Counted from the first letter of the stretch, positions 20,210-33,855 are shown. The stretch: DNA of 64,000 nt from Alistipes sp. (GCA_017629035.1 JAGBXX010000006.1:22227-86226); one strand, 5' to 3'. A program made the numbers and translations. The notes: generated by a model not told the origin, from the letters alone.

Positions 20210-21457
20210 ATGTCCCAACTATCAAGAGAGCAAAAGCCAGCACCCGAGGCCGAGATCAGATCACGAGTATTCGAGGGTGACCGCTCGCTGTGGATTATCT
20301 TCACAGTGTTGCTGGTCATATCTATCCTCGTGGTATACTCCTCAACGGCAAAGATGACCTACGACACGGCTGCTAACATGTCACTGTTCGATGCGTTGCA
20401 GAAGCAGGTGATGTATGTCATGCTCTCGATCATGGCTATATTCGTCACCCACAAGATACACTACAAAATATATATGCGATGGACCTATGTGGCGTATATA
20501 CTGTGTATTCTGCTGACCGTGGCCGTATATGTCGTGGGCGAGAAGACCAACGACGCAGCACGCTGGCTGAGCATCGGCCCTATCAAGTTCCAGCCCTCCG
20601 AGGCGCTTAAGATTGCTACAATCCTCATGCTTGCCCGAGCCATGGAGTCACGTCAAGCGGTAATCGACACCCTCAAGATTATCCCTACGTCGTTCAAGTT
20701 CCGCTCACCTGAGCAGCTTGAGATTATAAAGAAAAACACGATACCTCTACTGGGCCCTGTGTTGCTCTCGTGTGCCGTAATCGCACCAGCCCACACCTCG
20801 TCGGCACTCATTGTATTCATCGCCTCGATTATCATGCTCTACATTGGCCGTGTAAATCTCAAGGAGATAGCCAAGTTCTTCATGGTGATATGCGCCGTGG
20901 GTGTATTGGGTCTTGGTGGCATGGAGCTTCTGGGCATGGGCCGTCTTAATACTGCCATGGCACGACTCGAGAAGTGGGGCAACGAGTGGGTTGGCGATAG
21001 CACCGCCAAGAGCATATCCGAGATTTCGGATACTCAGCGTGCACTCATAGCCATCCACGAGGGAGGCCTTGTGGGCGAGGGTGCCGGACAGAGTAGCTCA
21101 CGAGTGCTTGTCGTACACCCCGAGAGTGACTACGCCTACGCCTTCTTCGTGTCGGAGTATGGCATCATCTTCGGTCTGATACTCATGCTGCTCTACATCT
21201 GGATATTCTTCCGAGCCATGGACATCGGCCAGAAGTGTACCACGCCATTCCCCACGCTGATGACCCTGGGTCTTGGACTTCTAATCACAGGACAGGCCAT
21301 ACTACACATGTTTGTGCAGGTAAACATACTTCCTGAGACGGGTCAGACCCTACCATTCATCTCACGTGGAGGCTCGTCACTCATACTCACCACCGTGGCC
21401 CTGGGCATGATCATCAGCGTGAGCCGCACAAACCAAAATAGACTTAAGCAACGATGA
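20210..21457 (+). CDS. ftsW: SEDS family peptidoglycan polymerase FtsW
   Basis: FQPSE, ESDY, LPETGQTLPFISRGGSS; dcw position after murD. Confidence 0.9.
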   Translation: MSQLSREQKPAPEAEIRSRVFEGDRSLWIIFTVLLVISILVVYSSTAKMTYDTAANMSLFDALQKQVMYVMLSIMAIFVTHKIHYKIYMRWTYVAYILCILLTVAVYVVGEKTNDAARWLSIGPIKFQPSEALKIATILMLARAMESRQAVIDTLKIIPTSFKFRSPEQLEIIKKNTIPLLGPVLLSCAVIAPAHTSSALIVFIASIIMLYIGRVNLKEIAKFFMVICAVGVLGLGGMELLGMGRLNTAMARLEKWGNEWVGDSTAKSISEISDTQRALIAIHEGGLVGEGAGQSSSRVLVVHPESDYAYAFFVSEYGIIFGLILMLLYIWIFFRAMDIGQKCTTPFPTLMTLGLGLLITGQAILHMFVQVNILPETGQTLPFISRGGSSLILTTVALGMIISVSRTNQNRLKQR

Positions 21458-21870
21458 GCGATATACGTCTTGACAAATATCTCTGGGCAGTGCGCATATT
21501 CAAGACACGAAGCGACGCTGCCGACGCCATACGCCACAACCGTGTGCTCGTAAACGACGCCTATGCCAAGCCCTCGCGTGAGGTTAAGGTTGGCGACCAT
21601 ATCACCGTGCGCCGTGAGCGTGTGACATATAGCTACAAGGTGCTCGACCTGGTGTCGAGTCGCCAGCCCGCCAAGAATGTACCTACATATTGTCTTAACT
21701 GCACGCCACAATCGGAGCTCGACAAGCTCAACGTGCCCCACGAGACAATATTCGTATTCCGTGAGCGAGGCATGGGCCGCCCAACAAAGAAGGATCGACG
21801 CAACATCGACGCCCTGATGGATGGCTTCTTCTACGACTCGGACGAGGATATCGACGAGGATGAGGATTAA
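21454..21870 (+). CDS. hslR: RNA-binding S4 protein Hsp15
   Basis: [16 protein letters not shown] and GRPTKKDRR. Confidence 0.9.
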   Translation: MSDIRLDKYLWAVRIFKTRSDAADAIRHNRVLVNDAYAKPSREVKVGDHITVRRERVTYSYKVLDLVSSRQPAKNVPTYCLNCTPQSELDKLNVPHETIFVFRERGMGRPTKKDRRNIDALMDGFFYDSDEDIDEDED

Positions 21871-21911
21871 AGAGAAAGACAAACAAAAACAAAATAAACA
21901 AAGAGAGTTTT

Positions 21912-24671
21912 ATGGAGTATAATTTTAAGGCCATTGAGCAAAAATGGCAGAAGAGATGGAGCGAGGAGGGCACATATCGTGTCGACGTGGATAACTCTCG
22001 CCCCAAGTTCTACGTATTGGATATGTTCCCATACCCATCAGGTGCAGGTCTTCATGTTGGCCACCCACTTGGCTACATCGCATCCGACATCTACTCACGC
22101 TACAAGCGTCAGTCGGGCTTCAACGTTCTTCACCCTATGGGCTACGATGCCTTCGGCTTGCCAGCTGAGCAGTATGCTATCCAGACAGGTCAGCACCCAG
22201 CAGTGACTACCGAGGAGAATATCGCACGCTACCGCTCACAGCTCGACAAGATCGGCTTCTCGTACGACTGGTCACGTGAGGTACGCACCTGCGAGCCTGA
22301 GTACTACCACTGGACACAGTGGGCATTCCTCAAGATGTTCGACCACTGGTACAACAACAAGAGCCAGAAGGCAGAGCCTATCTCAGCCCTCGTGTCACAC
22401 TTCGAGGCTAACGGCTCGGAGGGTATTGACGCAGCAGAGACTTCGCACCTCAAGTTTACTGCCCAGGAGTGGAACGCCATGAGCGAGGCCGACAAGGAGC
22501 AGACATTGCAGAACTACCGCCTGGCATTCCGTGCCGACACTATGGTTAACTGGTGTCCTGCACTCGGCACCGTGCTTGCCAACGACGAGGTTAAGGAGGG
22601 CTTGTCAGTGCGTGGTGGCTACCCTGTGGAGCAGAAGCGCATGAAGCAGTGGTTGTTGCGTGTTACTGCCTATGCACAGCGTATGCTCGACGGCCTTGAG
22701 AAGTTGGAGTGGAGCGAGTCGCTCAAGGAGATTCAGCGCAACTGGATTGGTCGCTCGGTAGGTGCACAGGTATTCTTCGACGTTGCAGGCTCAGAGCGCA
22801 AGCTCGAGATCTTCACCACACGTCCTGACACAATCTATGGCGTTACATTCATGGTTATTGCCCCTGAGCACGAGTGGGTTATGGAGCTTACAACAGAGGA
22901 TAACCGTGAGGCTGTGGAGAACTATATCGCCGAGACTAAGCGTCGCTCGGAGCGTGAGCGTATTGCTGATACTAAGCGTGTTAGCGGTGTTAAGACTGGT
23001 GCCTATGCCGTCAACCCATTCACTGGCCGTGAGATTCCTATCTATGTTTCGGACTACGTATTGGCGGGCTACGGTACAGGTGCTATCATGGCTGTTCCTG
23101 CGCACGACTCACGTGACTACGCCTTTGCACGCCACTTTGGCCTCGATATCATCCCAGTTGTCGAGGGTGGAAACCTCGAGGTTGAGTCGTACGACGCTAA
23201 GGAGGGTAAGGTTATCAACTCGGAGCTTATCAACGGCATGGACGTAAAGGATGCTATCGTCTTCATGTTCGAGGAGGTTGAGCGCCGTGGCTTGGGTAAG
23301 AAGCTTATCAACTACCGCCTGCGTGACGCTATCTTCTCACGCCAGCGCTACTGGGGCGAGCCATTCCCTATCTACTACAAGGATGATGTAGCATATCCAC
23401 TTGCCGAAGAGAAGCTTCCACTCACCCTTCCATCAATCAAGGACTTCGGTCCTACCGAGGCTGGCGAGCCACCTTTGGCACGTGTCGAGGGCTGGTGCAA
23501 CGAGGAGGGCTACCAGTTTGAGCTCTCAACAATGCCAGGCTTCGCAGGCTCATCGGCATACTACCTCCGCTACATGGATCCACACAACAACGAGGGTCTT
23601 GTGAGCAAGGAGGCCAACGAGTACTGGCGCAACGTAGACCTCTATGTGGGTGGTATCGAGCACGCCACAGGTCACCTTATGTACTCACGTTTCTGGAATA
23701 TGTTCCTCTACGACTTGGGCTACGTATGCGAGTCTGAGCCATTCAAGAAGCTCGTGAACCAGGGTATGATCCAGGGTCGCTCCAACTTTGTATATCGTGT
23801 TGTTGGCACAAACAAGTTTGTGTCGCTCAACCTTCGCAAGGAGTACGAGACACAGGAGATTCACGTAGATGTAAACATCGTGAAGAACGACGTTCTCGAC
23901 CTCGACGCCTTCCGTGCATGGCGCCCTGAGTTCCAGGATGCAGAGTTCATCCTCGAGGATGGCAAGTATATCTGCGGCTGGGCTATCGAGAAGATGTCGA
24001 AGTCTATGTTCAATGTCGTGAACCCAGACTATATTGTCGAGGCTTACGGTGCCGACACATTGCGTATGTACGAGATGTTCCTCGGTCCTTTGGAGCAGTC
24101 TAAGCCATGGGATACCAACGGTATCGACGGTGTACACAAGTTCTTGCGTCGCTTCTGGGGTAAGTTCTACTCTCGTGAGGGCCAGCTCATGGTCAACGAC
24201 GAGAAGGCTACACCTGCCGAGCTCAAGACTCTGCACAAGACTATCAAGAAGATCTCGGAGGATATCGAGAACTTCTCGTTCAACACCTCGATTGCAGCCT
24301 TCATGATCTGCCTCAACGAGCTTGGCGACTGCTCTAAGCGTGAGATCTTGGAGCCTCTCACATCGCTTATCGCACCATTTGCACCTCACATTGCCGAGGA
24401 GCTCTGGCACGAGGCGTTGGGCAAGACAACAACCGTATGCGACGCTGAGTTCCCTAAGTTCTGCGCCGAGTACCTTGTCGAGAACTCGTTCGAGTACCCA
24501 GTCATGATCAATGGTAAGTTGCGCTTCAAGCAGGAGTATCCTCTCGATATGTCACAGGATGATATCCAGAAGGATATCGTTGCCACCGAGGGCGCTCAGA
24601 AGTGGCTCGAGGGCAAGCAGCCTAAGAAGATCATTGTCGTTAAGGGCAAGATCATCAACATCGTGATGTAA
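21912..24671 (+). CDS. leuS: Leucine--tRNA ligase
   Basis: [20 protein letters not shown] editing domain, SRQRYWG, KMSKS. Confidence 0.98.
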   Translation: MEYNFKAIEQKWQKRWSEEGTYRVDVDNSRPKFYVLDMFPYPSGAGLHVGHPLGYIASDIYSRYKRQSGFNVLHPMGYDAFGLPAEQYAIQTGQHPAVTTEENIARYRSQLDKIGFSYDWSREVRTCEPEYYHWTQWAFLKMFDHWYNNKSQKAEPISALVSHFEANGSEGIDAAETSHLKFTAQEWNAMSEADKEQTLQNYRLAFRADTMVNWCPALGTVLANDEVKEGLSVRGGYPVEQKRMKQWLLRVTAYAQRMLDGLEKLEWSESLKEIQRNWIGRSVGAQVFFDVAGSERKLEIFTTRPDTIYGVTFMVIAPEHEWVMELTTEDNREAVENYIAETKRRSERERIADTKRVSGVKTGAYAVNPFTGREIPIYVSDYVLAGYGTGAIMAVPAHDSRDYAFARHFGLDIIPVVEGGNLEVESYDAKEGKVINSELINGMDVKDAIVFMFEEVERRGLGKKLINYRLRDAIFSRQRYWGEPFPIYYKDDVAYPLAEEKLPLTLPSIKDFGPTEAGEPPLARVEGWCNEEGYQFELSTMPGFAGSSAYYLRYMDPHNNEGLVSKEANEYWRNVDLYVGGIEHATGHLMYSRFWNMFLYDLGYVCESEPFKKLVNQGMIQGRSNFVYRVVGTNKFVSLNLRKEYETQEIHVDVNIVKNDVLDLDAFRAWRPEFQDAEFILEDGKYICGWAIEKMSKSMFNVVNPDYIVEAYGADTLRMYEMFLGPLEQSKPWDTNGIDGVHKFLRRFWGKFYSREGQLMVNDEKATPAELKTLHKTIKKISEDIENFSFNTSIAAFMICLNELGDCSKREILEPLTSLIAPFAPHIAEELWHEALGKTTTVCDAEFPKFCAEYLVENSFEYPVMINGKLRFKQEYPLDMSQDDIQKDIVATEGAQKWLEGKQPKKIIVVKGKIINIVM

Positions 24672-25273
24672 TGAGAAATTTCGTATCAATGTCCCTCTTT
24701 GCCGGTCTTCTGATCGGCATTGCGGGACTTGTTTTTCTGCATGTCGGCGGTCTTGGAGGTGCCATACTCTTTGCCTTTGGACTCATGGCAGTGACCATAA
24801 GCAAGTCACTACTCTTCACAGGCAAGGCGGGCTTTCTGCCCCTTAAGGAGTCGAGGCAGCTCGTACCCATGGTTGCGCTAAATGCTATTGGCTGCCTTCT
24901 TATGGCACTCATAGCATACTCAACCGTTGAGAGCAGTGCCTCTGCTGCTGCTACGCTCAACACAATCATGGCAGCCCGTGAGGCGGCATCGTGGAACATT
25001 CTCGTGACATCGGTAGGCACGGGCGTCATTGTGACCCTGGCAGTATATGGCGTGCGCAAGGGCACCTACCTGCCACTGCTATATGGTGTGCCGGTATTTA
25101 TCATGTGTGGACTTCCGCACTGCATTGCCGACGCCTTCTACTACTGCATGGCGATCGTTCTTGGCGACTTCGAGGCCTGGATGATAGGCGCATGGCTTCT
25201 GTCGGTCGTAGGCAACTATATAGGCTGCAACCTACCTCGCTGGTTTATGGGTAGGGCGTTCGATGCCGAATAA
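24671..25273 (+). CDS. Formate/nitrite transporter family channel (short form)
   Basis: AGLLIG, LFTG, HCIAD and GNYIG motifs, about six TM segments; TAATG overlap with leuS. Confidence 0.75.
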   Translation: MRNFVSMSLFAGLLIGIAGLVFLHVGGLGGAILFAFGLMAVTISKSLLFTGKAGFLPLKESRQLVPMVALNAIGCLLMALIAYSTVESSASAAATLNTIMAAREAASWNILVTSVGTGVIVTLAVYGVRKGTYLPLLYGVPVFIMCGLPHCIADAFYYCMAIVLGDFEAWMIGAWLLSVVGNYIGCNLPRWFMGRAFDAE

Positions 25274-25316
25274 AATAGTAATGGCTGACTTACGATTAAG
25301 TCAGCCATTATTATTT
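25273..25316. terminator. Bidirectional terminator
   Basis: aaatagtaatggctgactta-cgat-taagtcagccattattattt between convergent genes. Confidence 0.85.
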
Positions 25317-25328
25317 ATATATAAGGTA

Positions 25329-29062
<3,734 letters not shown>

Positions 29063-29083
29063 AGTTTCGAGTGTGTTATACTA

Positions 29084-29130
29084 CAAAGATAGTTAAATTA
29101 TCTTTGTAATACAATTTTTTTATATCTTTG
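29084..29130. promoter_or_regulatory. Divergent -7 boxes for nitroreductase (29084-29091, minus) and rnpB (29123-29130, plus)
   Basis: TATCTTTG on both strands; the plus box is 5 nt upstream of the rnpB P1 helix. Confidence 0.75.
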
Positions 29131-29135
29131 CAGCC

Positions 29136-29485
29136 GCATATGCGCTCTATCGCTGCCACGCAAGTGGGGGAGGAAAGTCCGAGCAACATAGAGCACCACG
29201 CAAGTTAACGGCTTGATACTCGTGAGGGTATAGTAGCGTAGAAGAAAATAACCGCCTCGCAAGAGGTAAGGGTGAGAAGGCGGGGTAAGAGCCCACCGCG
29301 AGGGTAGCAATACTCCTCGGCAGTACGCCTCGTGGGTTGCAAGACCATGTATACCGACAATTAAGGGTTGCTCGTCCAATGTCGGGGGGTAGGTTGCTAG
29401 AGACGGCAAGTGATTGCCGTAGTAGATAAATGATAGAGGCTCGCTCCCTTGGGAGAGAGTACAGAACTCGGCTTATAGCGTATGC
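29136..29485 (+). ncRNA. rnpB: RNase P RNA (bacterial class A)
   Basis: GAGGAAAGTCCGAGCAA at the 5' end, AGGGTGAGAAGGCGGGGTAAGAGCCCACCG, ACAGAACTCGGCTTA at the 3' end; P1 pairing gcatatgc/gcgtatgc. Confidence 0.97.
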
Positions 29486-29492
29486 AAAATTA

Positions 29493-29527
29493 AAGGGGTT
29501 ATCCGCAGTGGACAACCCCTTATTTTT
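29493..29527. terminator. Terminator after rnpB, probably bidirectional
   Basis: aaggggttatcc-gcagt-ggacaacccctt followed by attttt. Confidence 0.8.
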
Positions 29528-29542
29528 ATTCAGCCGTGGCTA

Positions 29543-30781
29543 TTACTTCTGGAAGATCTGAACGGTCAGAGGCTCCTCGCCAAGCTCAACCTTCATGGTC
29601 TTGAGCTCACCCGCAGCAGTGTAGTAGCGCAACTCATACTCTGTGTTCTTAGGCAGAAGCACCGAGAAGAGGTCGTTCATATCACGAATCTCGCTCGCTG
29701 TAAGGCCACCACCCATCTGCTCAGTGCCACGGAACACGTCGACACCCATAGCCACACGATCATCAGAGTGCTCAGTCTTGCCCTGCTCCTTGTAGCCAGC
29801 AATGCGCAAGAAGGTGTGAGTACCAGCCTCAATGTGGCGAGTGTACTGGTCGTATGCCAGGTCGATATAGCGCTTTGTAACGTTCTCAGCACCAACGAAC
29901 TTAGGGAGATCCTCGATCGAGCCACTCTCATCCTCATCTGCCCACACCATAGGGAACCAATCATCAGCCTTGCCAAAGCGTGTGGCATAGATTGCATAGG
30001 TGCGGTTGTCTGCATTTGCCTTCGATGCATCGGCCATAAACCAAAGGTGGTCGAGCTCGGATGGGAAGTAGTACTCCGTAACACGCCACTGGCCGTCGAG
30101 CCATACCTCTGTCCAGCTGTGGTTGCCACGATCATCGTGCCATGATGCAGTACCGGCAAATCGTGCAGGGATACCTACAGCACGATATGCATCTACGAGC
30201 AAGATAGCGAGGCCTGTGCACGAAGCCATACCCTGGCGCATAGACTCTCGTGGGCTCTGGTTGGTCTTCTCACGCTTGGTGTTGTAGTCTACACCTGTAA
30301 GGCGTGGGATATTTGCATTAACAGCGCAGATAGCATCATACATAGTTTTGCACGTATCTACGGCAGGTGAGAAGAGCTCGAAAAGCTCCTTGCGCCATGA
30401 GTCACGCACCTCATCGACAACGTGATAAGGGAGCACATCCTGCAAATATACCTCCTCGGGGAGTGCCTGTGCCCACGAATACTTCTCACGCACCATGGCC
30501 GAGTACTCCACGTTCTCACGAAGGAGCTCGAGGTCCATGTTCTTGAGATCCTCACGATACATGTTGATAAGCAGGTAGGCCATGTCGCGCTGCTCGGCCT
30601 CGGAGAGAGTGCCAAGGAGCTCAACAATCTCAGCAGAACGTCCTGACTCCTCGAGAGCCTGGCTAAGTGGAGCGTGGTAGCTGTTAGGGATACCTGCAGG
30701 GATATCTACCTCGGCCTTAGGCCAGAGGATGATAATCACGGCGATGACAACGCCGATGGCAATGTACAACCAATTCTTCAT
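29543..30781 (-). CDS. Transglutaminase-like domain protein, N-terminal membrane anchor
   Basis: ASCTGL...AVGIPAR...NHSWTEVWLDGQW catalytic Cys/His core. Confidence 0.88.
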   Translation of the reverse strand: MKNWLYIAIGVVIAVIIILWPKAEVDIPAGIPNSYHAPLSQALEESGRSAEIVELLGTLSEAEQRDMAYLLINMYREDLKNMDLELLRENVEYSAMVREKYSWAQALPEEVYLQDVLPYHVVDEVRDSWRKELFELFSPAVDTCKTMYDAICAVNANIPRLTGVDYNTKREKTNQSPRESMRQGMASCTGLAILLVDAYRAVGIPARFAGTASWHDDRGNHSWTEVWLDGQWRVTEYYFPSELDHLWFMADASKANADNRTYAIYATRFGKADDWFPMVWADEDESGSIEDLPKFVGAENVTKRYIDLAYDQYTRHIEAGTHTFLRIAGYKEQGKTEHSDDRVAMGVDVFRGTEQMGGGLTASEIRDMNDLFSVLLPKNTEYELRYYTAAGELKTMKVELGEEPLTVQIFQK

Positions 30782-30783
30782 CT

Positions 30784-31542
30784 CTATCTCTTAATTAGGG
30801 TTAAAATCTTTGTTACCTCCTCCTGGTCAACAACTCTGAGCGAGAACTCGTCGACAGCCGCCGAGCCTCCCATCGAGATACGTGGGTTGCGATACTCCAT
30901 GCCACCCAAAATCATGCGCTTAGCGCTGAAGTGCAGTGCATCGACACCCACAGCAGCAAGAGCCTCGGCATTAGATGCAACAACACCACTGCCTGCCATA
31001 ATCTCGATGCGTCCTGCAGCACGCTCAACACCACGTGCTATATTCTCAATGCCGTCAATAGCCTTGTCGTAGCCACCCGAGGTGAGGATACGGGTACAAC
31101 CCGTAGCGATAACATCCTCAACAGCCTGCTCGTAATCCGCAGTCATATCTACGGCACGGTGGAACGTAGTCTCCATGCCATGCGACGCCTCGACAAGCTG
31201 GCGTGTGCGCTCAATGTCTACCCTACCGTCGGCCGTGAGTATTCCGAATACCACGCCCGTAGCTCCTGCACGTCGTGCATACTCAATATCCTGGAGCATG
31301 GTCTGAAACTCCTCGTCGGAGTATAGGAAGTCGCCACCACGTGGACGTATCATCACGCTGAGTCCAAGACCCTCGATTTTAGATACTCGCTCAATAGTGG
31401 CATACGAGGGGGTAACACCTCCCTCGGCAGGCGAGGCACATAGCTCAACACGGTCAACACCAAGGCGCTGAGCAACACGGCAAGCCTCGACCGAGTAGGC
31501 ACACAACTCGGTCTTGATATTCTTAGAGTATTTCACTGTCAA
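30784..31542 (-). CDS. cutC: Copper homeostasis protein CutC family
   Basis: RVELC, GGVTPS, MIRPRGGDF, TFHRAVD, RILTSG. Start uncertain (TTG 31542 or GTG 31536). Confidence 0.92.
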   Translation of the reverse strand: MTVKYSKNIKTELCAYSVEACRVAQRLGVDRVELCASPAEGGVTPSYATIERVSKIEGLGLSVMIRPRGGDFLYSDEEFQTMLQDIEYARRAGATGVVFGILTADGRVDIERTRQLVEASHGMETTFHRAVDMTADYEQAVEDVIATGCTRILTSGGYDKAIDGIENIARGVERAAGRIEIMAGSGVVASNAEALAAVGVDALHFSAKRMILGGMEYRNPRISMGGSAAVDEFSLRVVDQEEVTKILTLIKR

Positions 31543-32098
31543 TCAATTTATTAAGTACAGCATACACGGTCAAACCCGCAACCGAGCGGATACCCGTCTT
31601 ATGCACAATATTCTTTCTATGCGAAATCACTGTATGGGGCGATATGAATAGCTCAGTGGCAATCTCCTTGTTGGTATATCCCTTGGCCACAAGCACCAGC
31701 ACATCACGCTCACGCTCCGAGAGATCGTGGCTCTCGGCATAGTTGTGCTGCACGGGGGCATCGTGGGCCTCGCGCAACACTCTGAGTATCTCCTCGGCAG
31801 TCGAGTAAATCGAGATTGTCGCTACAGAGCCTCGCAACGACTCCGGATCAACAAGCGCCGTCTGCAGAGCTACCACAGGCAGATCTTTGAGCTGCTCACA
31901 CCCCTCAACAGCACGCAGCTGCGACACCGAGGCAACGACAACATCGACCTGAGCATGTCGCTCGCCAGAGGCCTCGAACTCAGCCACGGAGCGATAGGTA
32001 GCCACAACCTCGCACTCGCCACTGCGCAGCAGGAGCGACTCAACACCCGCAGCAACAACCCTCGCCGGCTCGATAATTAGCACTAAGGTACGTTTCAT
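31523..32098 (-). CDS. LuxR-family regulator with degenerate receiver domain
   Basis: LSERERDVL...GYTNKEIA..LFISPHTVISHRKNI HTH; N-terminal REC-like domain lacks the usual acidic pocket and phospho-Asp. Confidence 0.9.
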   Translation of the reverse strand: MKRTLVLIIEPARVVAAGVESLLLRSGECEVVATYRSVAEFEASGERHAQVDVVVASVSQLRAVEGCEQLKDLPVVALQTALVDPESLRGSVATISIYSTAEEILRVLREAHDAPVQHNYAESHDLSERERDVLVLVAKGYTNKEIATELFISPHTVISHRKNIVHKTGIRSVAGLTVYAVLNKLIDSEIL

Positions 32099-32100
32099 CG

Positions 32101-32802
32101 CTACTTCGTGTTTTTGAATTTAGCAACCAGGGGTCGCAACAGATACATCTCGATGTCGCTATGTCGACGTAGGTCGTCACGCAACATATAGATATGATCG
32201 AGCATGGTGCAGCGTAGAGGCGTTGGCACCTGCTCGGGGAGGCTCTTGAACACCAGCGAGGCGATGTCGTTTGTACGATCGTCGATATCGCCATGTGGCG
32301 CCTCGAGCATCGAGAAGTCGGACGATACTCGGGCCTCGGGGCACTCTATCAGCGAGAATATATTGCGCTCCTCCTCCTCGAAGTGGGTGGCAAGGAAGCC
32401 AACATAATCCTTGTAGAAGCTACGCAGCGCACGCTCCGAGATCATATCGCAGTGCTCAAGTACCTTGTCCAGGTGCGAGGCAACGTGCGGAAGCATGTAG
32501 CCTATGTAGTAGCGGTGCGAAGCACGCAGGTAGGCCACCACACCCTTGAGCATATCGACTCTGAGCAACTCATCCGAGGGACGATACGTCGACGAGAGGT
32601 GCATAGCACAGAGCATAAGGAATAGATCTGAAGGATAACCCTCGCGACGACAAATCTCCTCGACAGATACATCGCCAAAGGGGAGTGATATGTCAAGACG
32701 CAGAAATATAGACAACAACGAAGGGTGGCTGTCGATAAGCTCAAAGAGCTTCATGTCGGGCGAAAGCATCGACACAGGATCCACTATATTTATCTTATTC
32801 AT
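32101..32802 (-). CDS. Hemerythrin-domain (RIC/ScdA-like) protein
   Basis: N-terminal LPFGDVSVEEIC segment, then YLRASHRYY, HFEEEE, HGDID and HSDIE metal ligands. ATG 32802. Confidence 0.8.
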   Translation of the reverse strand: MNKINIVDPVSMLSPDMKLFELIDSHPSLLSIFLRLDISLPFGDVSVEEICRREGYPSDLFLMLCAMHLSSTYRPSDELLRVDMLKGVVAYLRASHRYYIGYMLPHVASHLDKVLEHCDMISERALRSFYKDYVGFLATHFEEEERNIFSLIECPEARVSSDFSMLEAPHGDIDDRTNDIASLVFKSLPEQVPTPLRCTMLDHIYMLRDDLRRHSDIEMYLLRPLVAKFKNTK

Positions 32803-32856
32803 CTGTATATCAAAGTATTGCGATGCGCAACACAATCTTACGCACCATTTATAGTG

Positions 32857-32864
32857 CAAATATA
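32857..32864 (-). promoter_or_regulatory. -7 box TATATTTG of the hemerythrin-LuxR operon
   Basis: Exact consensus 54 nt upstream of the ATG. Confidence 0.65.
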
Positions 32865-32886
32865 TAGATAATTTCGCAAAAGAGCA

Positions 32887-32938
32887 ATCCCAACATGTGG
32901 GGATGAGTCTCGAGCATAATTACCTAAATGGCGTGATT
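32887..32938. promoter_or_regulatory. Two palindromic candidate operator sites
   Basis: ATCCCAACATGTGGGGAT (8 of 9 pairs palindromic, 32887-32904) and AATTAC-N9-GTGATT (32918-32938). Confidence 0.5.
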
Positions 32939-32970
32939 GCACGATTGGAAAATATGTCGGATCTTTGCAC

Positions 32971-33118
32971 CATGAAAATTTCCCTCTGCAAATTACCTTT
33001 GTAAGAGCCAACAGAGGGGTGTAAATTATAGTACGATCTTTTTAGTTTTTATTGGGTGTCATCTTTGCCCGAGAGGCAAGGATAGGGGGATCGGTCCACG
33101 AGGCCGATCCTTTTTTTT
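32971..33118 (+). ncRNA. Candidate small RNA (about 115-150 nt)
   Basis: Promoter-like ATTG-N20-GATCTTTG (alternatively TACCTTTG at 32994), internal hairpins, strong terminator with T8, no ORF longer than 10 codons seen. Confidence 0.5.
33088..33118 (+). terminator. Rho-independent terminator with no annotated upstream gene
   Basis: ggatcggtc-cacga-ggccgatcc followed by T8. Confidence 0.8.
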
Positions 33119-33130
33119 ATTTTTAGGATA

Positions 33131-33206
33131 TGATGAGTTATGGTGGGTTTTAATGGGTAAATATATTAACTCACGGAAACTTATTGTAACTCATTAAAAC
33201 TCAGCG
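33131..33206. repeat. Inverted array of degenerate 10-mers
   Basis: tgatgagtta/tggtgggttt/taatgggtaa followed by reverse-complement-like taactcacgg/aaacttattg/taactcatta/aaactcagcg. Confidence 0.55.
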
Positions 33207-33244
33207 ACCACCCTCACTAAAAGTGGCCAAGAGCTACACACAAT

Positions 33245-33328
33245 AAAAAAAGGCGACGATGGGTCGCACACAAAGCGTACGTCCCATTATCGCCATCTTT
33301 TGTTAGGGCCACAATCGGCCTCTTATCA
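33245..33328 (-). repeat. Structured 3'-UTR element plus terminator, copy 1 (after gcvH)
   Basis: 33281-33328 matches 45547-45594 at 39/48 nt without gaps; hairpin followed by U7 on the minus strand. Confidence 0.75.
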
Positions 33329-33333
33329 AGGAA

Positions 33334-33714
33334 TTAACCGATGAGTGCCTCGTAAGCTGCTGCATCAAGAAGTGCGTCAACCTCAGCTGGGTTAGACATC
33401 TTGATCTTAACCAACCAACCCTCGCCGTATGGATCCTTGTTAACGAGTGAAGAGTCTGCCTCAACAGCCTCGTTGAACTCGATAACCTCGCCAGATACTG
33501 GAGAGAATGCATCAGATACAGTCTTAACAGCCTCGATAGAGCCGAACACCTCGTTAGCCTCGATATTCTCGCCTACAGTAGGAACGTCAACGAATACGAT
33601 ATCGCCAAGCTGTGACTGAGCGTAATCAGTAATGCCGATAACGGCAACATCACCCTCTACACGGCACCACTCGTGGTCGTTAGAGTACTTCAAATTAGCA
33701 GGTACATTAGCCAT
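33334..33714 (-). CDS. gcvH: Glycine cleavage system H protein
   Basis: [23 protein letters not shown] lipoyl-Lys, DPYGEGW. Confidence 0.97.
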   Translation of the reverse strand: MANVPANLKYSNDHEWCRVEGDVAVIGITDYAQSQLGDIVFVDVPTVGENIEANEVFGSIEAVKTVSDAFSPVSGEVIEFNEAVEADSSLVNKDPYGEGWLVKIKMSNPAEVDALLDAAAYEALIG

Positions 33715-33855
33715 AATTCAAGTAGTATTAAATTGTTGTTTTGTTGTTTCTCGCTTCAAATTTGCTGGTTTCGCAACCACAAATATATTATTTTTTTGTC
33801 GTACTGAAAAATTTTACACAACTTTTTTACACCGACACCACCTTTTTCGTCGTTG

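Noticed and set aside
21705-21715. gccacaatcgg as a third copy of the 3'-UTR element
   Set aside because: Lies inside hslR coding sequence and lacks the flanking cttatca and terminator parts.
29082-29108. Perfect inverted repeat TACAAAGATA-N7-TATCTTTGTA as an operator
   Set aside because: Adequately explained by two opposed TATCTTTG promoter-like boxes; no independent evidence of a regulator.
29098-29515. Minus-strand ORFs of 103 and 122 aa
   Set aside because: They are antisense shadows of rnpB.
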